DNA of 64,000 bases from contig JBEKQZ010000001.1 of NCBI GenBank assembly GCA_049519175.1, forward strand, positions 107,311 to 171,310. The letters run 5' to 3'. Below are positions 18,678-27,397 of the stretch, piece after piece (positions within the stretch are counted from its first letter, which is position 1; each line of letters begins with the position of its first letter). Origin of the DNA: Candidatus Levyibacteriota bacterium (GTDB taxonomy: Bacteria; Patescibacteriota; Microgenomatia; Levybacterales; UBA12049). The notes under the pieces are model-generated. The model had not been told where the DNA came from and searched no databases. It saw nothing but the letters and a program-made list of their open reading frames with translations. The position numbers and the translations under genes are program-made.

Positions 18678-19154
18678 ATGGATAAAGATACGAAAAAAAT
18701 ATATCTAACTAAAGACGGCTTGGATGAGCTAAAAAAGGAATACGTGGAGCTGTCTAAAGTGAAAAGACCGGATGTTTTGGCGCGCGTTTCTCAAGCCAGA
18801 AGCATGGGAGACTTATCGGAAAACGCGGAGTATGTCGCGGCCCGCGAAGAACTTTCCTTTATCGATGGCAGAATTGACGAGTTGGAAGAACTAATAAAGC
18901 AAGCGGTTCTAATTCAGGAATCTCACGCCAAAGGAAACCATATCGTAAAGCTTGGTTCAACAGTTACGGTTAATGTGAAAGGGAAAAAAGAAATTTTCAC
19001 CGTTGTCGGCGAGTGGGAAGCCGATCCAAAAGAAAAGAAAATTTCCCATGAATCACCTCTTGGCAAAGCTTTAATCGGTAAAAGGGTAGGCGAAAGAGTT
19101 GAAGTTGAAGCTCCCGCAGGAAAGCTTGGCTACACAATTATTTCCGTAAATTAA
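18678..19154 (+). CDS. greA: transcription elongation factor GreA
   Basis: N-terminal coiled coil carrying the acidic GDLSENAEY motif, plus a C-terminal FKBP-like domain. 158 aa. Confidence 0.9.
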   Translation: MDKDTKKIYLTKDGLDELKKEYVELSKVKRPDVLARVSQARSMGDLSENAEYVAAREELSFIDGRIDELEELIKQAVLIQESHAKGNHIVKLGSTVTVNVKGKKEIFTVVGEWEADPKEKKISHESPLGKALIGKRVGERVEVEAPAGKLGYTIISVN

Positions 19155-19180
19155 CTTAAAGCTTACTCGCCAGTCTTAAT

Positions 19181-20932
19181 ATGGACAGCAAAGCAAACGT
19201 CATCCATAAAGACCTCAAAAGTTTCCGCACAAAACCAAACTTGGTTGATTATGAGAAAGTATTCCGGGATTTTTCCTGGGAAGAAGCAGATAAAGAAATA
19301 GCTTATTTTAGCGACGGGAAAATAAATATTGCCCATAATATTATCGATAGGCACTCAAACGGTGATAAAGCAAGTAAAGTAGCCCTGCTTTATAAAGGTA
19401 AAAACGGCGAGAGGGAACAATATACCTTTCACGAGCTTGCCAAAAAAACAAATCAGTTTGCTAATGTCCTTTTGCAAAATAACGTTAAAAAAGGCGACCG
19501 CGTTTTTATTTTTCTGCCGACAATCCCCGAGCGTTATATTAGTTTTATCGGAATTCTCAAAATGGGAGCAATCGCCAGCCCGATGTTCCCCGCGTTTCAG
19601 GAGTTGGCACTTCTGGACAGACTGTCCGACAGCCGGGCAAAAGTGGTAGTTACCAACAGCGCTTTGTTTCCCAGACTGGAAAAAATCTGGAAAGATTTAC
19701 CCTTTTTGGAAAAAGTTATCATCGTTGAAAGAGAAGAAAAAAAATTCCCCCAAGGGCAAAATATTATTTCCTACGAAAAAGAAATGGTTAAGGCCAGCGA
19801 TGAATTCTCAACAATTCATCTAGATAAATCTGACCCGTCTTATATGCTTTATACTTCCGGCACAACCGGTAAGCCAAAAGGCGTGGTGCACGGGCATGGA
19901 GATACTTTGCAGGCGATGTTAACGACCAAAGACGTTTTAGATGTTCACTCCGACGATGTTTATTGGTGCACTGCGGATTTAGGTTGGGTAACGGGAGTGG
20001 TCTATGGCATTTTGGGAATTTGGGCGTTGGGTGGAACCTCGGTGATTTGTGAAGAACGTTTTTCTCCGACCAATTGGTATCAAACCATCGAAGAATACAA
20101 AATAAGCGTTTGGTATACGGCGCCAACGGCAATCAGAATGTTAATGGGTTCGGAGATTGATCCAAAAGCTTTTAACCTTTCGAGCCTTCGTCACATAGCC
20201 AGTGTTGGTGAGCCGCTTAACCCGGAGGCAATTTGGTGGGCGCTGGAAAAGTTTGGATTGCCCTTCCACGACAGTTGGTGGCAGACGGAACTGGGTGGAA
20301 TTTCCATCACCAACTACCCAAGTATGGATATTAAACCCGGCTCAATGGGAAAACCATTCCTCGGTATCAAGGCCGCAATTATCGATGGATCCGGAAAAGA
20401 ATTACCGGCGGGAAAAGAAGGCGATTTGGCGCTAAAGCCACAAAGCGTTTCGTCTTTAATGACTGGGATTTGGGGAAACAAAGAAAAATATGATTCGTAT
20501 TTTCGTAGTGGTTGGTATATTACCGGCGACCGGGCAATAGTCGATAAAGACGGATATTTTTGGTTTGTCGGTAGAGCCGATGACGTCATTAACACTTCGG
20601 GAGAAAGAGTCGGACCGTTTGAAGTGGAAAGCGCTTTAGTCGAGCACCCCGACGTGATTGAAGCGGGTGTTATTGGAAAACCGGATGCTTTGCGTGGCGA
20701 AATAATTAAAGCTTTTGTGGTTTTAAAACCAGGTATTGCTCAAAGCGATGAGCTTAAAGAAAAACTAATGCGTTTTGTCAAAGAACATTTGGCCGGCAGT
20801 TCATATCCTCGGGAGATAGAGTTTACTCACAATTTGCCCAAAACCCGTTCGGGTAAAATCATGCGAAGACTTTTAAAGGCCAGAGAGCTTGGTCTTCCCG
20901 AAGGTGACACTTCAACGTTGGAAGATTACTAA
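19181..20932 (+). CDS. AMP-forming acetyl-CoA synthetase / acyl-CoA ligase family protein
   Basis: AMP-binding motif YTSGTTGKPKGV, downstream YWCTADLGWVTG, C-terminal ...PKTRSGKIMRRLL. 583 aa. Confidence 0.85.
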   Translation: MDSKANVIHKDLKSFRTKPNLVDYEKVFRDFSWEEADKEIAYFSDGKINIAHNIIDRHSNGDKASKVALLYKGKNGEREQYTFHELAKKTNQFANVLLQNNVKKGDRVFIFLPTIPERYISFIGILKMGAIASPMFPAFQELALLDRLSDSRAKVVVTNSALFPRLEKIWKDLPFLEKVIIVEREEKKFPQGQNIISYEKEMVKASDEFSTIHLDKSDPSYMLYTSGTTGKPKGVVHGHGDTLQAMLTTKDVLDVHSDDVYWCTADLGWVTGVVYGILGIWALGGTSVICEERFSPTNWYQTIEEYKISVWYTAPTAIRMLMGSEIDPKAFNLSSLRHIASVGEPLNPEAIWWALEKFGLPFHDSWWQTELGGISITNYPSMDIKPGSMGKPFLGIKAAIIDGSGKELPAGKEGDLALKPQSVSSLMTGIWGNKEKYDSYFRSGWYITGDRAIVDKDGYFWFVGRADDVINTSGERVGPFEVESALVEHPDVIEAGVIGKPDALRGEIIKAFVVLKPGIAQSDELKEKLMRFVKEHLAGSSYPREIEFTHNLPKTRSGKIMRRLLKARELGLPEGDTSTLEDY

Positions 20933-20935
20933 AAT

Positions 20936-21331
20936 ATGGATAAGAATTTTTTTGCGGGAGTTAAAACCATCGCCATCATCGGCTTATCAAACGATTCAAG
21001 TAAACATAGCTACAAAGTCGCTGCTTATCTTCAGTCAAAAAACTTCCGGATAATTCCGGTCAACCCAAACATTAAAGAAGTGTTGGGCGAAAAAGCCTAT
21101 CCAAATATTCTGGAGGTTCCAACAGAAATTAAAATTGACGTCGTGGATATTTTCCGCCGCCCCGAAGAAGTAATTCCTCACCTGGAAGAAATTCTCAAAA
21201 GAGGAAATATCGAAAAAGTCTGGTTACAAGAAGGAGTTGGCAGTCCTCAAGCGGAAAAGTTTGCCCGCGAACATGGTCTGTTAGTTGTTTCTAATTTTTG
21301 CATGATGGAAGTTTATAAAAACTTTACATAA
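20936..21331 (+). CDS. CoA-binding domain protein (YccU-like)
   Basis: 131 aa, Rossmann-like GVKTIAIIGLSNDSSKHSYKVAAYL...IIPVNPN typical of the CoA_binding_2 family. Confidence 0.7.
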   Translation: MDKNFFAGVKTIAIIGLSNDSSKHSYKVAAYLQSKNFRIIPVNPNIKEVLGEKAYPNILEVPTEIKIDVVDIFRRPEEVIPHLEEILKRGNIEKVWLQEGVGSPQAEKFAREHGLLVVSNFCMMEVYKNFT

Positions 21332-21358
21332 GTCCTGTTATCAACTAAAATAACTTTT

Positions 21359-22378
21359 ATGGCGAAAGATACAATGCTGGCCGTAGTTAAAGAAAGAGCG
21401 GAGTCGGGAGTAGTCATCAAGCAAATTCCCATCCCCAAGCCTCAAGCGGGAGAGTTACTGATTAAAGTCAAATTGGCATCAATCTGCGGAACCGATATCA
21501 ATATTTACGATTGGAACAGTTGGGCCCAAAGTCATATCAAGCCGCCAATTGTGATCGGGCACGAAGTTGTAGGCGAAGTGCTAAAGATTAATGGTGACAA
21601 TCCCAACAAAATTAAGGTTGGAGATTGGGTGTCTTCGGAAACGCATATTTTCTGCGGGAAATGTTATCAATGCAAAATCGGCAACCGGCATATTTGCGAA
21701 AATGTGCAGCTTTTTGGCATCGGCAGAAATGGCGGGTTTGCCCAGTACGCCACTATTCCCAACCGGACTTCCTGGAAAAACGATCGGGCGATTCCTTTAG
21801 AAGCGATGAGTTCGCAGGAGCCGCTTGGCAATGCAGTGCATGCGGTGACGAAAGCCGGCGTTGAAGGGAAAGTGGTGCTGGTGATGGGAATGGGGCCGGT
21901 CGGATTGTGCGCCGTGGCGGTAGCCAAAGCTTACAAAGCGAAAAAAGTAATCGCCATTAACAGAGGTGACTATCGCAGAAAACTGGCTAAGAAAATGGGC
22001 GCTGATGAAGTTTATGATAGTCTGCCGAAGAAATACCTCAACCAAATCGACGTAGTTTTGGAAATGTCGGGAAATGACATCGCCATTCAAACCGCTTTTG
22101 ATGCGGTCCGAATTGCCGGGACGGTAATAATTTTTGGTATTCCTAAAAAAGACATCACTCTAAATTTCGGCAAGTATTTTATTGACAAAGAGGTAACGGT
22201 TAAGGGAGTTTTTGGCAGACAAATTTGGGAGACCTGGCATCAGGTGTCGGAATTATTAGTAAGCGGTAAAGTTGATTTGACAAAAATAATCACACACCGC
22301 TTTCCGCTTGGGGATTTTGAAAAAGCAATGGCAGTGATGAAATCCGGTGAATGTGGAAAAGTGCTTTTGATTCCATGA
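21359..22378 (+). CDS. tdh: L-threonine 3-dehydrogenase (zinc-dependent MDR family)
   Basis: Close match to Tdh N-terminus (LIKVKLASICGTDINIYDWNSWAQSHIKPPIVIGHEVVGEV), structural-Zn Cys cluster (CGKCYQCKIGNRHIC), NAD site GMGPVGL. Confidence 0.85.
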   Translation: MAKDTMLAVVKERAESGVVIKQIPIPKPQAGELLIKVKLASICGTDINIYDWNSWAQSHIKPPIVIGHEVVGEVLKINGDNPNKIKVGDWVSSETHIFCGKCYQCKIGNRHICENVQLFGIGRNGGFAQYATIPNRTSWKNDRAIPLEAMSSQEPLGNAVHAVTKAGVEGKVVLVMGMGPVGLCAVAVAKAYKAKKVIAINRGDYRRKLAKKMGADEVYDSLPKKYLNQIDVVLEMSGNDIAIQTAFDAVRIAGTVIIFGIPKKDITLNFGKYFIDKEVTVKGVFGRQIWETWHQVSELLVSGKVDLTKIITHRFPLGDFEKAMAVMKSGECGKVLLIP

Positions 22379-23571
22379 TAGTTAACGATTTTTATAAACA
22401 GCTTGAAGAAATTACCAAAACGGGCAGTTCTCCGCGGATTATTGAGTCGGGACAGGGTGCATATTTAACCATCGGCGGAGTAAAGAAATTAAATTTTTGT
22501 TCGAGTCATTATTTAGGATTGGCAGAACATCCGCGGCTTAAAAAAGCGGCCCAAAACGCGATCGAAAAATACGGATTAGGAACGGGTTACCGAACGCTAG
22601 CAGGAACGCACACTTTACATTTACAGCTTGAAGAAGCAATAGCAAAGTTTAAAGGAACCGAAAGCGCGGTGGTTTTTTCCAGTGCCTATATGGCAAATGC
22701 AGCAGCGATACAAACGATTATCGGCAAAGAAGATATTGTAATTTCGGATGAATTAAATCATGCATCAATTATTGACGCGGTCAGACTGTCGGGTGTAAAA
22801 AATAAATTCATTTATAAACACGGCGACACCAAAGATTTGGAAGAAAATTTAAAAGAAGCGCAAAAACTTAGCAAAACTCCCAAGTCCGACGGACAATTGC
22901 CAGTGGTCTTAATTGTTACCGACGGAGTTTTTTCGATGGATGGAGATTTGGCGCCGCTTCCCCAAATTGTCAAATTGGCAAAAAAATACGGCGCCTTAAC
23001 GATGGTTGATGACGCGCACGGCGAAGGCGTGATGGGAAAGGGTGGAAGAGGTATAGTTGACCATTTTGGTTTGGTTGGGCAAATCGATATAGAAATTGGC
23101 AGTCTTTCCAAAGCGTTTTCGGTGATTGGCGGATTTATTGCCGGTAAAAAAACTTTAATTGATTACTATAATTTAAAGGCCAGGCAAAGACTTTTCTCAA
23201 TCGCTTTAACTATTCCGGATACTGCGGCATCTTTGGAAGCAGTCAATATTTTACTGGAGTCCGATGCGCTGGTAAAAAAACTTTGGGATAATACCAATTA
23301 TCTTAGGTCAAAGTTTAAAAAATTAGGTTTTGACACCGGCCATCCGGAAAGTCCGATTACGCCGGTAATGCTCGGTGATGAAAATTTGGCGAAACAGTTT
23401 AGCGCTAAATTATTTGATGAGAATGTTTTTGCCAGTCCAATCGTTTTTCCGATGGTACCTAAAGGGACAGCCAGAGTGCGTGTTATTCCTTCGGCAGCTC
23501 ACTCAAAAGCGGACTTGGATTTAGGTATCCGCGCCTTTGCAAAAGTAGCAAAAGAGTTAAAAGTGCTATAA
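22351..23571 (+). CDS. kbl: 2-amino-3-ketobutyrate CoA ligase (glycine C-acetyltransferase), PLP-dependent
   Basis: Alpha-oxoamine synthase family with a PLP lysine region (GSLSKAFSVIGGF). Immediately follows and overlaps tdh, the canonical tdh-kbl pair. Confidence 0.85.
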   Translation: MWKSAFDSMIVNDFYKQLEEITKTGSSPRIIESGQGAYLTIGGVKKLNFCSSHYLGLAEHPRLKKAAQNAIEKYGLGTGYRTLAGTHTLHLQLEEAIAKFKGTESAVVFSSAYMANAAAIQTIIGKEDIVISDELNHASIIDAVRLSGVKNKFIYKHGDTKDLEENLKEAQKLSKTPKSDGQLPVVLIVTDGVFSMDGDLAPLPQIVKLAKKYGALTMVDDAHGEGVMGKGGRGIVDHFGLVGQIDIEIGSLSKAFSVIGGFIAGKKTLIDYYNLKARQRLFSIALTIPDTAASLEAVNILLESDALVKKLWDNTNYLRSKFKKLGFDTGHPESPITPVMLGDENLAKQFSAKLFDENVFASPIVFPMVPKGTARVRVIPSAAHSKADLDLGIRAFAKVAKELKVL

Positions 23572-23580
23572 AATCCTCTT

Positions 23581-24564
23581 ATGGGTAAATTTAATCTGGT
23601 AGTTTGCGGTGGGACGTTTGATTTGTTTCACGCCGGCCACAAAGCTTTTATTAACGATGTGCTTAATCAGGCGGAGAAAGTTCTGGTAGGCATTACAAGT
23701 AATGTGTATGTTCAAAGCCTCAAAAATAATTTAGGCATTGAGGATTTTCAAATTCGAAAACAAGCGGTTCAACAATATCTAAAATCAATTGACGCTAGCG
23801 ACAGAGTTCAAATTGTCGAAATCAATAGCGCTTACGAACCATATTTGGAAACCGCAACGGATTATCGGGCGATTGTGGTAACCGAGCAAACAGAAAAAGT
23901 AGCGATTGCAATAAATGCAAAACGTCAGCAAAATGGTGTTTCTCTACTCGAAATAGTTATCTCACCAATGAAAAAAGCCGAGGGTGGAGGACTGATTTCT
24001 TCAACCAGAATCAGAAATGGCGAAATAAACCGTGACGGCAGATTGTATTTAAATCCCAAGTGGCAAAATAAAAATCTAATTCTCCCCGAAAGTTTGCGTC
24101 CGATTCTACAAAAACCCTGGGGAGAAGTCCTCAATGAAATACCTCAAGGCATTGACGGCTCTAAAACAATTGTGGTTGGAGACGCCACGGCACAAAAATT
24201 CAACGGAAAAAAGGTCGGACAGTTTTTATCAATTGTTGATTTTTTAATCAAAAGAGAAATTAAATTTCACCAACTGTCAGAATTAGGTTTTGATGGGGAA
24301 AATATTCAACATATAACCAATCACCATGGAGCAATAACGCCGGAACTTTTCCAAGCAGTGCAGTCGGCTTTTAAAACTAAAACGCAAACGGTAATTCTAA
24401 TTGACGGAGAAGATGATTTGGCGGTTTTGCCGGCTTTATTAGTCGCGCCGCTCGGATTTAGCATTTTCTATGGCCAGCCAAATGAAGGATTGGTTCAAAT
24501 TCTGGTTACAGAAGAAAATAAAGAAAAAGCCTACCAGCTCATTCAGAGCTTTGACAAAAGCTAA
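23581..24564 (+). CDS. putative bifunctional archaeal-type phosphopantetheine adenylyltransferase / GTP-dependent dephospho-CoA kinase (DUF359-like) fusion
   Basis: N-terminal cytidylyltransferase-like domain (VVCGGTFDLFHAGHKAFI, ~160 aa). C-terminal domain with VVGDATAQ and IDGEDDLAVLPALL motifs, resembling the DUF359/archaeal DPCK signatures. Confidence 0.55.
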   Translation: MGKFNLVVCGGTFDLFHAGHKAFINDVLNQAEKVLVGITSNVYVQSLKNNLGIEDFQIRKQAVQQYLKSIDASDRVQIVEINSAYEPYLETATDYRAIVVTEQTEKVAIAINAKRQQNGVSLLEIVISPMKKAEGGGLISSTRIRNGEINRDGRLYLNPKWQNKNLILPESLRPILQKPWGEVLNEIPQGIDGSKTIVVGDATAQKFNGKKVGQFLSIVDFLIKREIKFHQLSELGFDGENIQHITNHHGAITPELFQAVQSAFKTKTQTVILIDGEDDLAVLPALLVAPLGFSIFYGQPNEGLVQILVTEENKEKAYQLIQSFDKS

Positions 24565-24635
24565 AGCATATGAGAAAATGCTTTTTAAGATGACAAGAGC
24601 TCAATTTGTGAAAAAGTCCAAGAAGAACTCCTCGT

Positions 24636-24685
24636 AGGGGTTGTTTTTGGCGTATTTTAGACAACCCCTAATAAAGGGGTTTTTT
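24636..24685 (+). terminator. rho-independent terminator with competing upstream hairpin
   Basis: AGGGGTTGT(24636-44)...ACAACCCCT(24661-69) form a 9-bp stem. The same CCCCT also pairs with the downstream AGGGG(24675-79), which is followed by TTTTTT (24680-85). Confidence 0.5.
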
Positions 24686-24707
24686 AGTGGGATGGAGGTG
24701 AAATATT

Positions 24708-24938
24708 ATGGCAACACAGGAAGATGGTCAATCATTCGCAATATCAACAAGTAAAGGACAAGCTATTCTTTCTCGGGTTGGAGGAAGGTGGTTTGTAGAG
24801 GGCGATAGTTTTGGAGCAGATATCCCCTGCGACGGAACACCAATAGAAGCACTCAAAGCGGCTTTTGGACCACTGGAGGGAAATGTTATCTTGAGAACCC
24901 AAGTTCCAACAGAGAAAAATTCTGGAGGTCAAGCTTAA
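24708..24938 (+). CDS. hypothetical small protein (76 aa)
   Basis: Strong SD GGAGGTG 8 nt upstream of ATG. Composition is typical of coding sequence. No recognisable domain. Confidence 0.45.
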   Translation: MATQEDGQSFAISTSKGQAILSRVGGRWFVEGDSFGADIPCDGTPIEALKAAFGPLEGNVILRTQVPTEKNSGGQA

Positions 24939-24975
24939 GCTTTCATAATTTGATTTTATCTTGTAGAATAGTGTT

Positions 24976-26487
24976 ATGTTTTGGGCCGATAAAGTCGCAG
25001 AAGACATCATAGCTTCGGGCAAACACAAACCTTACTGGGTTGACGATATGAAAACCCCTTCGGGTTTTTCTCATGTCGGTTCTTTGATGGGTCCGGTAAT
25101 CCATAGCATGATTTTCCGGGCCTTAAAAGACGCCGGTCAAAAAGCGACGTTCACTTTTGTAATTAATGATTTTGATCCCGCGGATGATTTATTGCCGGAA
25201 ATTCGAGGTGAATATGAAAAATATCTTGGCATGCCTCTAAAACTGGCACCTTCTCCCAGCCCTAAATTTAAAAGTATGGCTGATTTGTTTAGCAGTGATT
25301 TTGTCGAGTCAATAAAAAGTTTAGGGGTAGAGGCGGAAATTCTTTCTTCGTGGGAGCTTTACCATCAAGGAAAATTTGATGGCGTCATTAAAGACGCTTT
25401 AGATAATGCCGAGAAGATTCAAGATATTTACCAAAAGGTTAGCGGCAGTCAGAAAAAAGAAGCCGGTTGGCTTCCCTTCCAGGTTATTTGTGAGCGGTGT
25501 GGAAAACTCGGAACGACCAAGGTTTTCGCTTGGGACGGCGAAAAAGTTTCTTACAAATGCGAACCCAATCTTGTCAAATGGGCGGTGGGCTGCGACTATG
25601 AGGGAAAAATTTCTCCGTTTGGCGGAACGGGAAAGCTCCCCTGGAAAGTGGATTGGGCGGCACACTGGAAAGTAATTGGTATCACAATCGAAGGCGCAGG
25701 CAAAGATCACGCTTCCAAAGGCGGTTCGTATGATATTGCCATGACGCTTTGCGAGGAGATATTTAAATACGATCAGCCATTTAGATTTCCTTATGAATTT
25801 ATTTTAATCGGCGGTAAAAAAATGTCTTCCTCTAAAGGGATAGGTTTAAAAGCGCATGATTTGGTTAAGATATTGCCGCCTGAAGTGGGCCGTTTTTTGT
25901 TTGCCAGGTCAGGGATAAAAGCGCAAAGTAATTTTGATCCGGTCGAAACAAATGCCATTCCTATGCTGTTTGACGATTACCAAAAAGCCGCTGATGCCTA
26001 TTTCAACAAAGGCGCTAGCGATTTAGCCAGAGCTTTTGAATTGTCGCAAATTGGTGAAGCGCAAAAACCGCCTTCTATCCGTTTTTCGGTGTTGGCTCAG
26101 TGGGTACAAATGCCCAACATGGAAGAAGAAATTAAAAAAGAAGGTTTGGAGAATTGGGCAAAATACGCCAGGGTTTGGGTAGAAAAATTCGCTCCGGAAA
26201 AAGATAAGTTCACAGTGCAAAAAACCGTTCCGTCAGCTATCAAAAATCTCACCAATGAGCAAAAGGTATTCCTAAAAAAAGTGGCGGAAGAGCTGAATAA
26301 AGCAGGAAGCGGCGAAGAATTTCAGACTAGAATTTATGCCATTGGCAAAGAAATAGGATTAAACGGAAAAGAGGCGTTTGCGGCAATCTATATTTCGTTA
26401 ATCGGAAAAGATCATGGACCAAAAGCGGCTTGGCTAATTTTGTCTTTGGATAAAGAGTTTGTAAAGAATAGATTTAGCGAGGTTTAA
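24976..26487 (+). CDS. lysK: lysine--tRNA ligase, class I (archaeal-type LysRS)
   Basis: Class I signature: HIGH-like PSGFSHVGSL and KMSKS-like KMSSSKG. Central Cys cluster (CERCGK...C). 503 aa, the typical class I LysRS length. Confidence 0.85.
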   Translation: MFWADKVAEDIIASGKHKPYWVDDMKTPSGFSHVGSLMGPVIHSMIFRALKDAGQKATFTFVINDFDPADDLLPEIRGEYEKYLGMPLKLAPSPSPKFKSMADLFSSDFVESIKSLGVEAEILSSWELYHQGKFDGVIKDALDNAEKIQDIYQKVSGSQKKEAGWLPFQVICERCGKLGTTKVFAWDGEKVSYKCEPNLVKWAVGCDYEGKISPFGGTGKLPWKVDWAAHWKVIGITIEGAGKDHASKGGSYDIAMTLCEEIFKYDQPFRFPYEFILIGGKKMSSSKGIGLKAHDLVKILPPEVGRFLFARSGIKAQSNFDPVETNAIPMLFDDYQKAADAYFNKGASDLARAFELSQIGEAQKPPSIRFSVLAQWVQMPNMEEEIKKEGLENWAKYARVWVEKFAPEKDKFTVQKTVPSAIKNLTNEQKVFLKKVAEELNKAGSGEEFQTRIYAIGKEIGLNGKEAFAAIYISLIGKDHGPKAAWLILSLDKEFVKNRFSEV

Positions 26488-26731
26488 CTTCGGTTTGAAG
26501 ATTAGCCATTATATCTAAAACTTCTGCCCTTCTTGTTTCTATTGGTGCACGATATTCTTGTAACTCTCTTGCCAAGAGCTCTCCGGTAGCCTTATCATTC
26601 CCGTCGTCTTCCGGTTTAGTAATTGGATTTCTGCCACCAATTGGAAGTTGCGTTCGTCTTGCCTTATCGGCAACAGCAGTTTTTGCAGCCTCACATTTAA
26701 AATCTAATACTTCGCTAGCATTTGGTCTCAT
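26474..26731 (-). CDS. hypothetical protein (85 aa)
   Basis: Its own promoter-like TTGCAA-16-TACAAT lies 7 nt upstream of the ATG on the minus strand. Overlaps lysK's 3' end by 14 nt. No domain recognised. Confidence 0.4.
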   Translation of the reverse strand: MRPNASEVLDFKCEAAKTAVADKARRTQLPIGGRNPITKPEDDGNDKATGELLARELQEYRAPIETRRAEVLDIMANLQTEVKPR

Positions 26732-26773
26732 AGTATGTATTGTAGCATATTATTCTGTTTTTGCAAGTTTTTG

Positions 26774-27397
26774 ATGTGCTATACTCTTTTTGTGAAAAAG
26801 CTGTTAATTGCCACTAAAAACCAAGGGAAAGTTGGAGAGTTTAAAGAATTCTTAAAAGACTTACCTTTTGCAGTAGTTTCTCTCAAAGATTTAAATATCA
26901 CCGAAGATATTGAGGAGGACGGAAAAACTTACAGGGAAAACTCGCAGAAAAAAGCGCTGTTTTTTGCCAAACTTTCCAATCTTCCAACCATTGCCGATGA
27001 CGGTGGAATAGAAATAGTGGCATTGAATAACCAACCGGGAATAAAATCCAGAAGATGGTTAGGCTACGAAGCAACCGATGAAGAAATCGTTAAGCATATG
27101 CTTAAGATTTCTAAATCTTTGCCAAAAGCTAATCGAGGCGCCTTTTTTAAAACTGTCGTCACCTTTGCGCTTCCCAACGGAAAAATTTGGAGTGTTAATG
27201 GGCAAGTAGAAGGAATAATCTCCGACAAGCCTTATTTAAAACTTTTAGAAGGATATCCTTACCGCTCTTTTTTCTTTTTGCCCAAGATAAATAAATTTTA
27301 TCACGAGGGCGAGCTTTCAAAAGCGGACGAAAGATTATATAATCATAGATATAAAGCCGTGCGGAAATTACTGCCGATAATTAAAAAATATGCTTGA
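26774..27397 (+). CDS. rdgB: non-canonical purine NTP pyrophosphatase (RdgB/HAM1 family)
   Basis: KKLLIATKNQGKVGEFKEFL and a downstream Ham1 core. The ORF is open from 26735. ATG 26774 or GTG 26792 is the likely start. Confidence 0.8.
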   Translation: MCYTLFVKKLLIATKNQGKVGEFKEFLKDLPFAVVSLKDLNITEDIEEDGKTYRENSQKKALFFAKLSNLPTIADDGGIEIVALNNQPGIKSRRWLGYEATDEEIVKHMLKISKSLPKANRGAFFKTVVTFALPNGKIWSVNGQVEGIISDKPYLKLLEGYPYRSFFFLPKINKFYHEGELSKADERLYNHRYKAVRKLLPIIKKYA

